A DNA stretch of 64,000 bases from Candidatus Marinacidobacterales bacterium (lineage in GTDB: Bacteria; Acidobacteriota; Vicinamibacteria; Marinacidobacterales; SMYC01), in NCBI GenBank assembly GCA_965224085.1, contig CBDCYI010000004.1, forward strand, positions 928,001 to 992,000, written 5' to 3'. Positions 32,049-42,248 of the stretch are shown here, piece after piece (the first letter of the stretch is position 1; every line of letters starts with the position of its first letter). A program made the position numbers and the translations under genes. The notes beneath the pieces are model-generated. The model made no database searches. It saw nothing but the letters and a program-made list of their open reading frames with translations, and was not told the origin of the DNA.

Positions 32049-33386
32049 TCACCGTACGAGGTGGAAATTCTCCTGCCGCCTGAGGATCCACTCCATCTTC
32101 CCGTCCGCATTCATCGCCGCGTCTTCTTCGAGCGCCATGCGCACCACCTGGTCGTCCCATTCCGGAACCGGCGTCTGCGCGTAGAGCTCGATCGAGTGCC
32201 ACATGTTTTGGATGAGCTTCACGTCGCCTCGACCGGGCACGCCCTGCTGCCGATCCCATAGACCAATGAGAGGACCCGCGCCGTGTCCGTGGTCGCCGAT
32301 CGGGTGGTTGTAAATCCGTCCTTCAATGCCTTCTTTGTGCATTTGCGCGAGCGATGCGGCAAGGACTTCGTTTCCCGAGAGCCCGGGCTTCATGTTCTCC
32401 GTCACGATGTCCTGCAACCGGTTCGCGTTCGCGAGCGCTTTCATGAGGCCCGCGGGCACGGTCGTCTCACCTTCACGAAGCACGTAGCCCATGTGCTGGG
32501 TATCGGTCGCGAGCCCGGTAGCGAAGATCCCGAAGTCGGTGTGGAGCACGTCACCGCGCTCGATGATGACATCACCTTCGAGGGTCTCGCCTTTGCGCTG
32601 AGCGCTGACCGAAGGCTGGAACCATGAGTCCATTGCGCGATCGTGCACTTGCTGGCGCAGCCACCAGACCACGTCCTCGGTGGTTGTCTCCCCCGGAGTG
32701 ATGACCTCGCTAGAGAACGCGGTCGCGATCAAACCGTGCACGATTTTCATCATGTTCTGGTAGTACGGCAGCATCGACGGCACTCGGATCGCCAGGTAGT
32801 AGAGTGGGATGAGCTCGGCGTGCACGAATCGCGCTGTCCATTTGGGTCCTAGCGCTCGCTCGAGAAGCTCTCGCTCGCCCGAAGGCAGACCGTCGGAGAA
32901 CGCGTGCGTCTGCGAGACGTTGATCGCGATCGTCTCGGGCGCGCGCTCCTCGACGACCTCGCGCAGCATCCGCCACTGAGCATCGAGATAAAGCTCTCGC
33001 TCGGGGTGCTCGCGCTCACGCACCGAAACATAGGCGCCGCCTTGCGTCCCGCCCCCGAGGGCGAGCTTCTCGAGCCCTTCCTCGGGACCGCGATCATAGA
33101 AAACGAAAATCGAACGGCGCCTCGCTGCGAAGCGCGTCGGTGTAACGAGCGCGCGGAAGACGGGATCTTCGTTGTACTCGCTCATTTGCACAATCCACAT
33201 GTCGACGTTGTTCTCGCGCATGAGCCCCGGCAGCACGTTGTCGAGTCGCTCTTCGAGCCAACCTTGCCGGATCTGCGCCTGCTCGCGCAGGGGAGGTAAG
33301 CTCGGTATCTCCTGACTCAGGGCGGGCAACGCGAGCGAACAAATAAATGCCGCCATCCACCAGCGCGAACCGTGTCGAGATTGCAT
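32049..33386 (-). CDS. M24 family metallopeptidase, secreted
   Basis: GDVLHTDFG, TDTQH, HPIGDHGHGAGP, SIE, LEED. Confidence 0.88.
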   Translation of the reverse strand: MQSRHGSRWWMAAFICSLALPALSQEIPSLPPLREQAQIRQGWLEERLDNVLPGLMRENNVDMWIVQMSEYNEDPVFRALVTPTRFAARRRSIFVFYDRGPEEGLEKLALGGGTQGGAYVSVREREHPERELYLDAQWRMLREVVEERAPETIAINVSQTHAFSDGLPSGERELLERALGPKWTARFVHAELIPLYYLAIRVPSMLPYYQNMMKIVHGLIATAFSSEVITPGETTTEDVVWWLRQQVHDRAMDSWFQPSVSAQRKGETLEGDVIIERGDVLHTDFGIFATGLATDTQHMGYVLREGETTVPAGLMKALANANRLQDIVTENMKPGLSGNEVLAASLAQMHKEGIEGRIYNHPIGDHGHGAGPLIGLWDRQQGVPGRGDVKLIQNMWHSIELYAQTPVPEWDDQVVRMALEEDAAMNADGKMEWILRRQENFHLVR

Positions 33387-33439
33387 CGATCGTCCTCCTA
33401 GACTTTGCGACGGGGATCCTAGCAGAAGGAACTATTTTC

Positions 33440-33670
33440 TTCTCAATGGTTTTCTGTGGGCGTCCTCGACGTCGGTTATTGGGGTGAGCGTCAATATCAA
33501 TGGGGACCCGCGAGCTCGCCCATAATCGGCGATGGACTCGTTTTCGTCCAGAACGACCGGCAGGAGGACTCGTTTCTGGCCGCCTACGATCTCGCCACCG
33601 GTGAAGAGCGGTGGCGAGCCGAACGCGATGAGAAGCCGGCCTGGAGCACGCCGGCTTTGTACCGCATAGT
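33440..33670 (+). pseudogene. PQQ-like beta-propeller protein internal fragment
   Basis: QWGPASSPII, SFLAAYDLATGEERWR, WSTP. Confidence 0.75.
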
Positions 33671-33741
33671 GTGGTGAGCCCGGAAGAGCATCGGATAACA
33701 CCGTGAACCTCGCATCGAGCGAGCGCCCCCCGAAGGCGGGC

Positions 33742-33920
33742 TCAGCGCGACTCGCCGCGAATAGCGTCCAGAGGACGGATCTTCGTCGCCCGCCGGGCCG
33801 GCACGTAGCTTGCGAGCAGTGTGACGCCGACAAGTAGCGCGGGGATGCCGATGAAGGTCACCGGGTCCGTATGAGTAACCTCATCAAGAGGCTCGTCGCC
33901 AAGCGCGCCAACGCGAAGGC
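33742..33920 (-). pseudogene. ABC/ADOP permease C-terminal remnant
   Basis: TDPVTFIGIPALLVGVTLLASYVPARRATKIRPLDAIRGESR*. Confidence 0.75.
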
Positions 33921-33947
33921 CACTGCCAGTTTCACGAAGACGGTATT

Positions 33948-34422
33948 CTATCCGGCCGCCCGGAGGCTCAAGCAGCCTTCTTTGAAGGAATCAGGCCGCC
34001 CAGCGCAAAGCCGATGAGCCCAGCAACACCCCCGATAATCGAATTCGCGATGATGCCGAACGCTCGCGCGCCGAACGCTTCGCCGAGCAACACTTCCCGG
34101 CTTCACCGACGATCGCCATTGGGTCGTTGAAATGCGTCGAGGCACCGAGCAAATAGGAAAGCATCGTGGCGCTGAAAATAAGAAGTTGAGCCACGATAGC
34201 GATGGAGGCGCCCGTCATGAACGCGGAGCCGGCGCCCTCGCCCCGGAACGCACGCGTCATGGCGCCCCATAAGAGCGCAAGGTGTACTGTCATCGGGACC
34301 ATAGCGAAAAGGCGATTGCCCAAATCGTACGAGCCACCGAGAGCTCCCACAACGAGCTTGCCGATGAAGAACAACACGAGAAGAATAATCGCCAAGCGAA
34401 TGAACTCAATCCTGTCTTTCAC
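33948..34422 (-). pseudogene. Membrane protein, frameshifted near 34090
   Basis: Three TM segments, then the frame breaks before a final hydrophobic segment; GGAGG RBS before the GTG. Confidence 0.5.
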
Positions 34423-34627
34423 AACGCACCTCCAATCCGGTAGATACTACACCTTCACGTCGCCGCTGTCCTCGCGTCCATTCGAAGAGGATCAAATATC
34501 ACTTTGAGCGACTCTGCCCGGACACAGCTCGCCTTATCGACGATTCACCGAAACGTGAGACTTTCGCGCTCGTCGACTGGGCGTTGACAGACCGCTATGT
34601 ACTAACATTGTAAGTACGAGAGAGACC

Positions 34628-34855
34628 ATGACGATTAAGAAACTGACCAAGTTGGGGAACAGCCAGGCATTGGTTATCGACAAGCAAACGATGGCCCAGA
34701 TGGGATTGTCGGAGGCGAGTGAGGTCTCCATGACGTTGCACGGACGCCAACTCGTCATCACACCCGTCAACCCCAGAATTCGAGATGAAGAACTTCGCGA
34801 GTCGATGGAGCGAGTGCTCGACAAGTATGACGACTTGTTCCGGAGATTGGCTTGA
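34628..34855 (+). CDS. AbrB-type antitoxin (Doc partner)
   Basis: KKLTKLGNSQALVIDK; ends YDDLFRRLA; TTGACA at 34584 and near-palindrome 34599-34617 upstream. Confidence 0.88.
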   Translation: MTIKKLTKLGNSQALVIDKQTMAQMGLSEASEVSMTLHGRQLVITPVNPRIRDEELRESMERVLDKYDDLFRRLA

Positions 34856-35250
34856 GCAAGGAAGCTCGCTTCCTATCGATCGAACAGGTTCTGAAGATTC
34901 ATCGAAGGATGATCGAGCGATACGGAGGCGAGTCAACCGTTAGAGATGTGGGTCTCATCGATTCGGCCGTGATGATGCCGCAGCAGACATTCGATGGCGA
35001 ATATCTACACGCGTCTCTTGCCTCCATGGCCGCCGCCTACCTGTTTCATTTGTGCTCCAATCATGGATTTGCCGATGGCAACAAACGTACGGCCATCGGT
35101 GGGGCTCTGGTGTTTCTCGACGCAAACCATCTTGAGCTTTGTTTAACGATCGACGAACTCAAGCAAATCACGCTGGACTTTGCCCGAAGCGCACTCGACA
35201 AAGAGCACTTGATCAGCTTGTTCGAAGCCTCCATCCGCGCCGTTACATAG
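34852..35250 (+). CDS. doc: Death-on-curing (Fic/Doc) toxin
   Basis: HGFADGNKRTA Doc motif; overlaps the antitoxin stop. Confidence 0.92.
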   Translation: MSKEARFLSIEQVLKIHRRMIERYGGESTVRDVGLIDSAVMMPQQTFDGEYLHASLASMAAAYLFHLCSNHGFADGNKRTAIGGALVFLDANHLELCLTIDELKQITLDFARSALDKEHLISLFEASIRAVT

Positions 35251-35326
35251 ACCACTCAACACCCCCGATCTCCTGCCCTGACTTGGCTGTCAACGATGCC
35301 ATTGCTTCTCGCCTTCCCGCTAACTA

Positions 35327-37010
35327 GTTCCTGTCCAGAAACACCATAACTTGTGGTGTACGAGAGGCCTATCGAAGATGTGGGTATTATACGTTTTCAG
35401 TCGGCACCTCGTAGGCTCGGAAGCGAATGAAAATCTTGGACGAAACGAGAGGCGAATCGTCAGCAATCCATGGCTATAAACGCAGTAAGAGTAATCATTA
35501 TTATCGTAATAGGTGCCTTGCCATTACCAACAGGTTGCAGGTGATGATGGAACTCCATACGTAGGATTTGAAAGAAGGCAATGAGCGCCATGTGCATCGG
35601 TCGAGACCAAAGACTCGTTTCAAGAACGAAATGACGCCTTCGATTCCGCAGCGAAATCGCCGTAGGCGTTGATAGACCCAGGAACTCTTGACCATATCGG
35701 TCACCGCGAAGTGAGCCTTGGTAAAGGCAACATCTTCAACTCCCTTGCCTTTGATGGCTTCCAAGTTTGCCTTTGAAGAAAACGCGCCATCGTAGGCAAC
35801 CTGGCGCGGGGCCCGTTCGTAGAGTTCGACTTGACGGTCGATCATGGTTTCCGCGAGAGTTGAATCGGACGGATTCCCATCCAAGATCACGCAATCCAAA
35901 ATCATCGAGGACGAGCCACCAGTCAAACACACCTTGTGACCGTAGAGAGTCTCGCGCCGGTCTTTGCGAATAATGTCGGTGTGTTCTTCGAAGATCGAAA
36001 CGACCTTTTCCTCCGCAGGCACACGCTCTTCATCAATCACTCTACGCCGAGTTTGGTTGATGACTTTTTCGGTGAGGACGAGAAAGTGCTTAAAATCCGC
36101 GGCGATCTTCTCCGCACTCGCTCGCTTCACCGGCTCGGTCAAGCCGGACTCGTCCAACTGGTCTGCAACGCGTTGAGCGGAGCGATAGGTTTCTTCCGAC
36201 ACCTTCAGTAGATCTCGATAGACGCGACGCCTTTGTTCCTTATCCTTCGCGTTTAGAACTCCCAGTCGACGTCTCTTCGCTCGACGCGTTCGATTGCCGA
36301 AGACCACTACTGTACCCAGCAGTTCGCGAGTTCGGCACATGAGGCGAGTGAGAACTCGGACGCAGTCATAAAGAAGCTCGGAGTCCGTAGGAGAATGAAT
36401 ATTCGACTCCACTACCGTGCAGTCCACTCGTACTTTTCTTCCTTTTTCGATCGCGGTCTTCTCGGCAACACTCACCAACTCTCGGTTGATTTTCTCCAGC
36501 GTTTCGAACTTCACGGCTTTGATGTTTGCTGCTAGGGTCGACTTCGACGGGCTCGGCTCTATGATGCCGAGCTGGCAAAACGTCCGATAGCTTCGAGAGT
36601 CTGCCAAGTGAAACGCCAGCTCCCGATAGGTGAACTGATTCAGCTGCTTGACCAACAACGCCCGGAGAACCTGCTCCGCGCTCATTCCCCCACGACCAAC
36701 ATCGCTCCCTGCCGATGGGGTGACCGACCTCAGGTCTTGCAGTACCAGCTCATTCAGCTTAGGATGGGCATCGAGCAGCGATGATATCGTTTCGAGCTCG
36801 CGTGCGTGCTCCAGCTCCAGCCAGGGCTCGCGAAGGCTTGGTTGTGGGTTGATCGTTTTTCGCATTTAGGGCTGGTCTCCTTTGGAGTTAAGTCGTTTAG
36901 AATCTGCGTTTTTGTCGACTCGATACTAAACGACACTCCCTCAGACGATTAGCCCTAAATTTGCGATTACCCCTTTTTTCTCAACCTCTTACACCTGTCA
37001 GGACGGGTAC
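35327..37010 (-). mobile_element. ISNCY-type insertion sequence, copy 1 (1684 bp)
   Basis: Imperfect terminal IRs GTTCCTGTCCAGA / TCAGGACGGGTAC; flanked by TAACTA at 35321-35326 and 37011-37016. Confidence 0.9.
35501..36865 (-). CDS. DDE transposase (ISNCY-like), copy 1
   Basis: 454 aa; KVRVDCTVVESNIHSPTDS, YDGAF, FRCGIEGVISFLKR. Confidence 0.93.
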   Translation of the reverse strand: MRKTINPQPSLREPWLELEHARELETISSLLDAHPKLNELVLQDLRSVTPSAGSDVGRGGMSAEQVLRALLVKQLNQFTYRELAFHLADSRSYRTFCQLGIIEPSPSKSTLAANIKAVKFETLEKINRELVSVAEKTAIEKGRKVRVDCTVVESNIHSPTDSELLYDCVRVLTRLMCRTRELLGTVVVFGNRTRRAKRRRLGVLNAKDKEQRRRVYRDLLKVSEETYRSAQRVADQLDESGLTEPVKRASAEKIAADFKHFLVLTEKVINQTRRRVIDEERVPAEEKVVSIFEEHTDIIRKDRRETLYGHKVCLTGGSSSMILDCVILDGNPSDSTLAETMIDRQVELYERAPRQVAYDGAFSSKANLEAIKGKGVEDVAFTKAHFAVTDMVKSSWVYQRLRRFRCGIEGVISFLKRVFGLDRCTWRSLPSFKSYVWSSIITCNLLVMARHLLR

Positions 37011-37016
37011 TAACTA

Positions 37017-38700
37017 GTTCCTGTCCAGAAACACCATAACTTGTGGTGTACGAGAGGCCTATCGAAGATGTGGGTATTATACGTTTTCAGTCGGCACCTC
37101 GTAGGCTCGGAAGCGAATGAAAATCTTGGACGAAACGAGAGGCGAATCGTCAGCAATCCATGGCTATAAACGCAGTAAGAGTAATCATTATTATCGTAAT
37201 AGGTGCCTTGCCATTACCAACAGGTTGCAGGTGATGATGGAACTCCATACGTAGGATTTGAAAGAAGGCAATGAGCGCCATGTGCATCGGTCGAGACCAA
37301 AGACTCGTTTCAAGAACGAAATGACGCCTTCGATTCCGCAGCGAAATCGCCGTAGGCGTTGATAGACCCAGGAACTCTTGACCATATCGGTCACCGCGAA
37401 GTGAGCCTTGGTAAAGGCAACATCTTCAACTCCCTTGCCTTTGATGGCTTCCAAGTTTGCCTTTGAAGAAAACGCGCCATCGTAGGCAACCTGGCGCGGG
37501 GCCCGTTCGTAGAGTTCGACTTGACGGTCGATCATGGTTTCCGCGAGAGTTGAATCGGACGGATTCCCATCCAAGATCACGCAATCCAAAATCATCGAGG
37601 ACGAGCCACCAGTCAAACACACCTTGTGACCGTAGAGAGTCTCGCGCCGGTCTTTGCGAATAATGTCGGTGTGTTCTTCGAAGATCGAAACGACCTTTTC
37701 CTCCGCAGGCACACGCTCTTCATCAATCACTCTACGCCGAGTTTGGTTGATGACTTTTTCGGTGAGGACGAGAAAGTGCTTAAAATCCGCGGCGATCTTC
37801 TCCGCACTCGCTCGCTTCACCGGCTCGGTCAAGCCGGACTCGTCCAACTGGTCTGCAACGCGTTGAGCGGAGCGATAGGTTTCTTCCGACACCTTCAGTA
37901 GATCTCGATAGACGCGACGCCTTTGTTCCTTATCCTTCGCGTTTAGAACTCCCAGTCGACGTCTCTTCGCTCGACGCGTTCGATTGCCGAAGACCACTAC
38001 TGTACCCAGCAGTTCGCGAGTTCGGCACATGAGGCGAGTGAGAACTCGGACGCAGTCATAAAGAAGCTCGGAGTCCGTAGGAGAATGAATATTCGACTCC
38101 ACTACCGTGCAGTCCACTCGTACTTTTCTTCCTTTTTCGATCGCGGTCTTCTCGGCAACACTCACCAACTCTCGGTTGATTTTCTCCAGCGTTTCGAACT
38201 TCACGGCTTTGATGTTTGCTGCTAGGGTCGACTTCGACGGGCTCGGCTCTATGATGCCGAGCTGGCAAAACGTCCGATAGCTTCGAGAGTCTGCCAAGTG
38301 AAACGCCAGCTCCCGATAGGTGAACTGATTCAGCTGCTTGACCAACAACGCCCGGAGAACCTGCTCCGCGCTCATTCCCCCACGACCAACATCGCTCCCT
38401 GCCGATGGGGTGACCGACCTCAGGTCTTGCAGTACCAGCTCATTCAGCTTAGGATGGGCATCGAGCAGCGATGATATCGTTTCGAGCTCGCGTGCGTGCT
38501 CCAGCTCCAGCCAGGGCTCGCGAAGGCTTGGTTGTGGGTTGATCGTTTTTCGCATTTAGGGCTGGTCTCCTTTGGAGTTAAGTCGTTTAGAATCTGCGTT
38601 TTTGTCGACTCGATACTAAACGACACTCCCTCAGAAGGCTAGCCCTAAATTTGCGATTACCCCTTTTTTCTCAACCTCTTACACCTGTCAGGACGGGTAC
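37017..38700 (-). mobile_element. ISNCY-type insertion sequence, copy 2 (tandem, same orientation)
   Basis: 1690-bp period with copy 1; TAACTA at 37011-37016 and 38701-38706; 3 nt differences noticed in the 5' leader. Confidence 0.9.
37191..38555 (-). CDS. DDE transposase (ISNCY-like), copy 2
   Basis: Translation identical to copy 1. Confidence 0.93.
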   Translation of the reverse strand: MRKTINPQPSLREPWLELEHARELETISSLLDAHPKLNELVLQDLRSVTPSAGSDVGRGGMSAEQVLRALLVKQLNQFTYRELAFHLADSRSYRTFCQLGIIEPSPSKSTLAANIKAVKFETLEKINRELVSVAEKTAIEKGRKVRVDCTVVESNIHSPTDSELLYDCVRVLTRLMCRTRELLGTVVVFGNRTRRAKRRRLGVLNAKDKEQRRRVYRDLLKVSEETYRSAQRVADQLDESGLTEPVKRASAEKIAADFKHFLVLTEKVINQTRRRVIDEERVPAEEKVVSIFEEHTDIIRKDRRETLYGHKVCLTGGSSSMILDCVILDGNPSDSTLAETMIDRQVELYERAPRQVAYDGAFSSKANLEAIKGKGVEDVAFTKAHFAVTDMVKSSWVYQRLRRFRCGIEGVISFLKRVFGLDRCTWRSLPSFKSYVWSSIITCNLLVMARHLLR

Positions 38701-38779
38701 TAACTAGAATTGGCTCACTTCCACAAGGGAATAACAGATCGGAACGCAATGCAAAACTCAAGAACGTCAACGCGAACGA

Positions 38780-38990
38780 CGCGAAAGGCTCCTCGGACAT
38801 GAGCAGGCTCGGACGAGCGGGAATGCCGGCTCTCAACTTCATGCAGAACTCGAACGACTATATGAAATATCACCACACGCCCAACGACACGTTCGACAAG
38901 ATTATTCCAGAAGACTTGCGCTATCTGACCGCCGCGTACACGACCATGTTCTACATGGCCGCCGAAATGGAAATCGACTTCAGGAAGTGA
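38780..38990 (+). pseudogene. M28 peptidase C-terminal remnant
   Basis: GSSDMSRL..GMPAL..DYMKYHHTPNDTFDKI. Confidence 0.7.
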
Positions 38991-39018
38991 TGATGCCAGT
39001 ATCCGAAGGACAAAGCTG

Positions 39019-39942
39019 ATGGAAATGCGGCCGATCGGTTCGCTGGAAGTCTCCATTGTTGGTCTCGGCTGCAACAACTTCGGCCGCCGCCTCGACGAGC
39101 CGGGCACGAGCCGTGTCATCCACGCTGCGCTCGATGCGGGCATTAATTTCTTCGATACCGCGGATTCCTATGGCGGCACCGACAGTGAAGTATTCGTTGG
39201 CCGCTGTTTAGGCACGATGCGTCGCGAAGTCCTGGTGGCGACGAAATTCGGTTGGGAGCTCGACGACGAGCGCAAAGGCGCTCACCCCGATTACGTGCGA
39301 CGAGCCGTCGAAGACAGCCTGCGGCGCCTGAATACCGACTATATCGACCTCTATCAGCTTCACAAGCCGGATTCGAGCGTGCCTATCGAAGACACGCTCG
39401 GCGCGCTCGACGAGCTCATCACGGCGGGTAAGGTCCGTGAGATCGGGTGCTCGAATTTTTCTTCGAGCGAGCTGGATGCTGCCGACAAAGCCGCGGAGGG
39501 TCATGCCCGATTCGTGAGCGTACAAAACGAGTACAACCTGCTGCACCGTGAGCCGGAGAAATCTGTATTGCAGGCGTGTGAGCAGCTCGGGCTAGCTTTC
39601 GTGCCCTACTTTCCGCTCGCGAGTGGGCTTCTCACAGGCAAGTACCGCCTGGGTCAACCCGCCCCGGAAGGACGACTGACGACGATCGCGAGGCTTTCGG
39701 ACAAGCTTAACGACGACGCTCTCGCCGTGGTGGAGTCGCTCATCGGGTTCGCGGAGCGGCACGGGCACTCGATTCTCGATCTCGCCTTCGCGTGGCTTCT
39801 CGCGAAACCTTGCGTCACTTCAGTGATCGCGGGTGCTATGTCGGCGGAGCAGCTGCGCCAGAACGTACGCGCGGCATCGTGGCCAATGACGGAAGAGCTT
39901 CTCGTCGACGTCGACCAGCTCGTACCGTCCGCTGCGGGCTGA
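39019..39942 (+). CDS. Aldo/keto reductase
   Basis: GLGCNNFG, FFDTADSY, TKFG, IDLYQLH, GCSN, PYFPLASGLL. Confidence 0.95.
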   Translation: MEMRPIGSLEVSIVGLGCNNFGRRLDEPGTSRVIHAALDAGINFFDTADSYGGTDSEVFVGRCLGTMRREVLVATKFGWELDDERKGAHPDYVRRAVEDSLRRLNTDYIDLYQLHKPDSSVPIEDTLGALDELITAGKVREIGCSNFSSSELDAADKAAEGHARFVSVQNEYNLLHREPEKSVLQACEQLGLAFVPYFPLASGLLTGKYRLGQPAPEGRLTTIARLSDKLNDDALAVVESLIGFAERHGHSILDLAFAWLLAKPCVTSVIAGAMSAEQLRQNVRAASWPMTEELLVDVDQLVPSAAG

Positions 39943-40006
39943 GTAACCAGAAGCAAGGCGAAAAAGTAGTTGCGGTCACACCTGTGTTATCAGTATACTA
40001 ATACGT

Positions 40007-40255
40007 ATGAGTAAAAGACTTCAGGTGGTCGTACAAGACGAAGAGCTAGAGCAACTTCGCGACGCCGCCGCAAAAGAGGGGCTCACGTTGAGCGAGTGGG
40101 CCCGACGAGTCCTCCATCGAGCCAGAGAGACCCAAGGCGGTCCCACGCGTGATCGAAAGCTGGCGGCGCTCGACCGAGCGTTGGCGTGCGGCCACCCAAC
40201 CGCGGACGTCGAAGACATGCTAACGGAGATCGAGCTGGGTCGTGATCTTCGTTGA
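40007..40255 (+). CDS. RHH/CopG-type antitoxin
   Basis: MSKRLQVVV..LSEWARR; TTGCGG-N18-TATACT ending 7 nt before the ATG. Confidence 0.85.
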   Translation: MSKRLQVVVQDEELEQLRDAAAKEGLTLSEWARRVLHRARETQGGPTRDRKLAALDRALACGHPTADVEDMLTEIELGRDLR

Positions 40256-40631
40256 CTCGAACGTTCCGATGTATCTCGTCGGCCGCTCACATCCTAATAG
40301 AGATTCGGTCGAAGCTTTCCTGCGGTCGCACGTCGACGAGACGTACGTCACGAGCGCCGAAGTCTTCCAGGAAGTCATCCATCGATTCGTCGCCATCGAT
40401 CGAAGGGCCGCTATCGACGATTGCTTTGCGCTACTCGACGAGCTTGTTTCGCAGGTCTTTACCGTAACAAGATCGGACGTGGATCGAGCCAGACAGATTT
40501 CTCATCAGCAGCACCGCCTGTCCGGGCGAGATTGCCTGCACGTTGCCGTGATGGCCCGTCACGACGTCGAACGCATCTTGACCTATGATGAAGACTTCGA
40601 TTATTGGGCCAGCGTTACTCGATTGCCGTAG
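40242..40631 (+). CDS. vapC: PIN-domain VapC toxin
   Basis: IFVDSNVPMY, EVFQE, SGRDCLHVAVM, TYDEDFD. Confidence 0.9.
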   Translation: MIFVDSNVPMYLVGRSHPNRDSVEAFLRSHVDETYVTSAEVFQEVIHRFVAIDRRAAIDDCFALLDELVSQVFTVTRSDVDRARQISHQQHRLSGRDCLHVAVMARHDVERILTYDEDFDYWASVTRLP

Positions 40632-41116
40632 CGCTAGTTCGACCGACGCAACTCACACCGGCCCCCGGGCACTCCCGGCTGTGCTAAGTTTACCGCGCCA
40701 AAAAATGGAGAGATTCGATGTCCTATGAAGTCATTCCGTCGGATATCGATACCTTCTCGCAGGATGGCGTCGTATTCCTGCGAGGCGTATTCGACAAAGA
40801 ATGGTAGGACCGGATTGCCGCTGCGATCGAAGATGATATTCAACAACCCGGCCCGTTCTTCCACGGCTATGAATCAGAGGGTGAGGGAAGCTTCCACGGC
40901 AACCTCAGGATTTGGGAAACCCATCCGACGTTTCGGGACGTGTGCCTGAACTCATGTCTGCCGGCAATAGCCCAGTCTTTTTTTGGTTCACGCAAGATAA
41001 ATTTGCTGTACGACCAGTTGTTCGTCAAAGAGTCCGCAATGACGCAACGCACAGTATCCTTCAAGGCGGCTCCGACTTGAGACGCCGAGACGGCGGCGCG
41101 GCAGCGTATTAGAGAG

Positions 41117-41982
41117 ATGTTTCGCGGCACGTTCACCGCCCTCGTGACGCCGTTTCGCGCTGATGGCACGCTCGACGAGGACGGTGTCGTCCGGCTTCTC
41201 GAACGCCAGTTGAAGTCGGGCGTTCAGGGCATCGTGCTGTGCGGCACGACGGGTGAAGAGGCGAGCCTCACGCTCGACGAAAGAAAGCGTCTCGTCGAGA
41301 TCGTGCAAAAGCGCGCCGAAGGCCATATCTATACCGTCGCCTCCGCCTCCGACAACATCACCGAACGCACGATCAAGCTCGCTCGAGAAATGGACTGGCT
41401 TGGGGTCGACGCGATCATGTCGGTCGTTCCGTATTTCATCCGACCCAATCAAGCCGGGATCGTCGAGCGCTTCCGCGGCATCGCTGATGCCGTGCAGACG
41501 CCGCTGATCCTTTCGAACGCACCGGGCCGCGCGGGTGAGGGTCTCGAGGCCGACACCGTAGCGCTGCTCGCCGAGCACGACAATATCCGCGGGATCGACG
41601 AATCCTCCGGCGATCTCGAGTTTCTCTCGAACATTCTCGCCGCAACAGACGGGGATTTTGCTATCTTCGCGGGCGAAGACACACTCACGCTCCCGATGAT
41701 CGCGCTCGGGGCCGACGGGGCGTTCTCGCTCATCTCGAACGAAGTGCCCGACAAGATGTCGGCGCTGCGCTCGAAGGCCGCCTCACCGAAGCCCGCGATT
41801 TGCATTACGAGCTCTTCGACCTGATGACTATCAACTACGTCGACCGCAACCCGATCCCCGTCAAAGCCGCGCTCGCAATGATGGGGTTGATCGAAGACCA
41901 CTACCGGCTGCCGCTTCTTGCTATCGACAGCGCCAAACGAGAACAGATCAAGAAAGCTCTCGTGGAGCTCGACGTTATTTAG
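41117..41982 (+). pseudogene. DapA-like (DHDPS family) gene, frameshifted near 41766, catalytic Lys replaced
   Basis: FTALVTPF, GTTGE, NPIPVKAAL; GIDESSG instead of GIKEASG. Confidence 0.85.
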
Positions 41983-42248
41983 TGCCTGCGGCGAACTCTT
42001 TGACCCTTCTTGTGATGACGACGTCGTGTCCAACTTGATCCGCTTGCCATTATTTCGAGCCCGGCGCACCAATGGTCGAGTTCTTTCTTTCCACCGCCGA
42101 GCACCGAGCTGCGCGAAAACGTCCGCAGCGATGAACGAAAATGGCCGCCGCCACGACCGTCCAACGATTGAGTTTCATTCTTTCCTCCCGGGGCGGCGCG
42201 AACCGCAGCCCTGTAGCAATGATGCTTAGTTGTGACTCTCGCGACCCC

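Noticed and set aside
34628-40631. TA + IS cluster as a prophage, integron or defence island
   Set aside because: No integrase, attC sites, phage genes or recognisable defence genes
40634-41100. Lower-GC stretch, possibly a hydrolase or sulfatase tail remnant
   Set aside because: No motif strong enough to call
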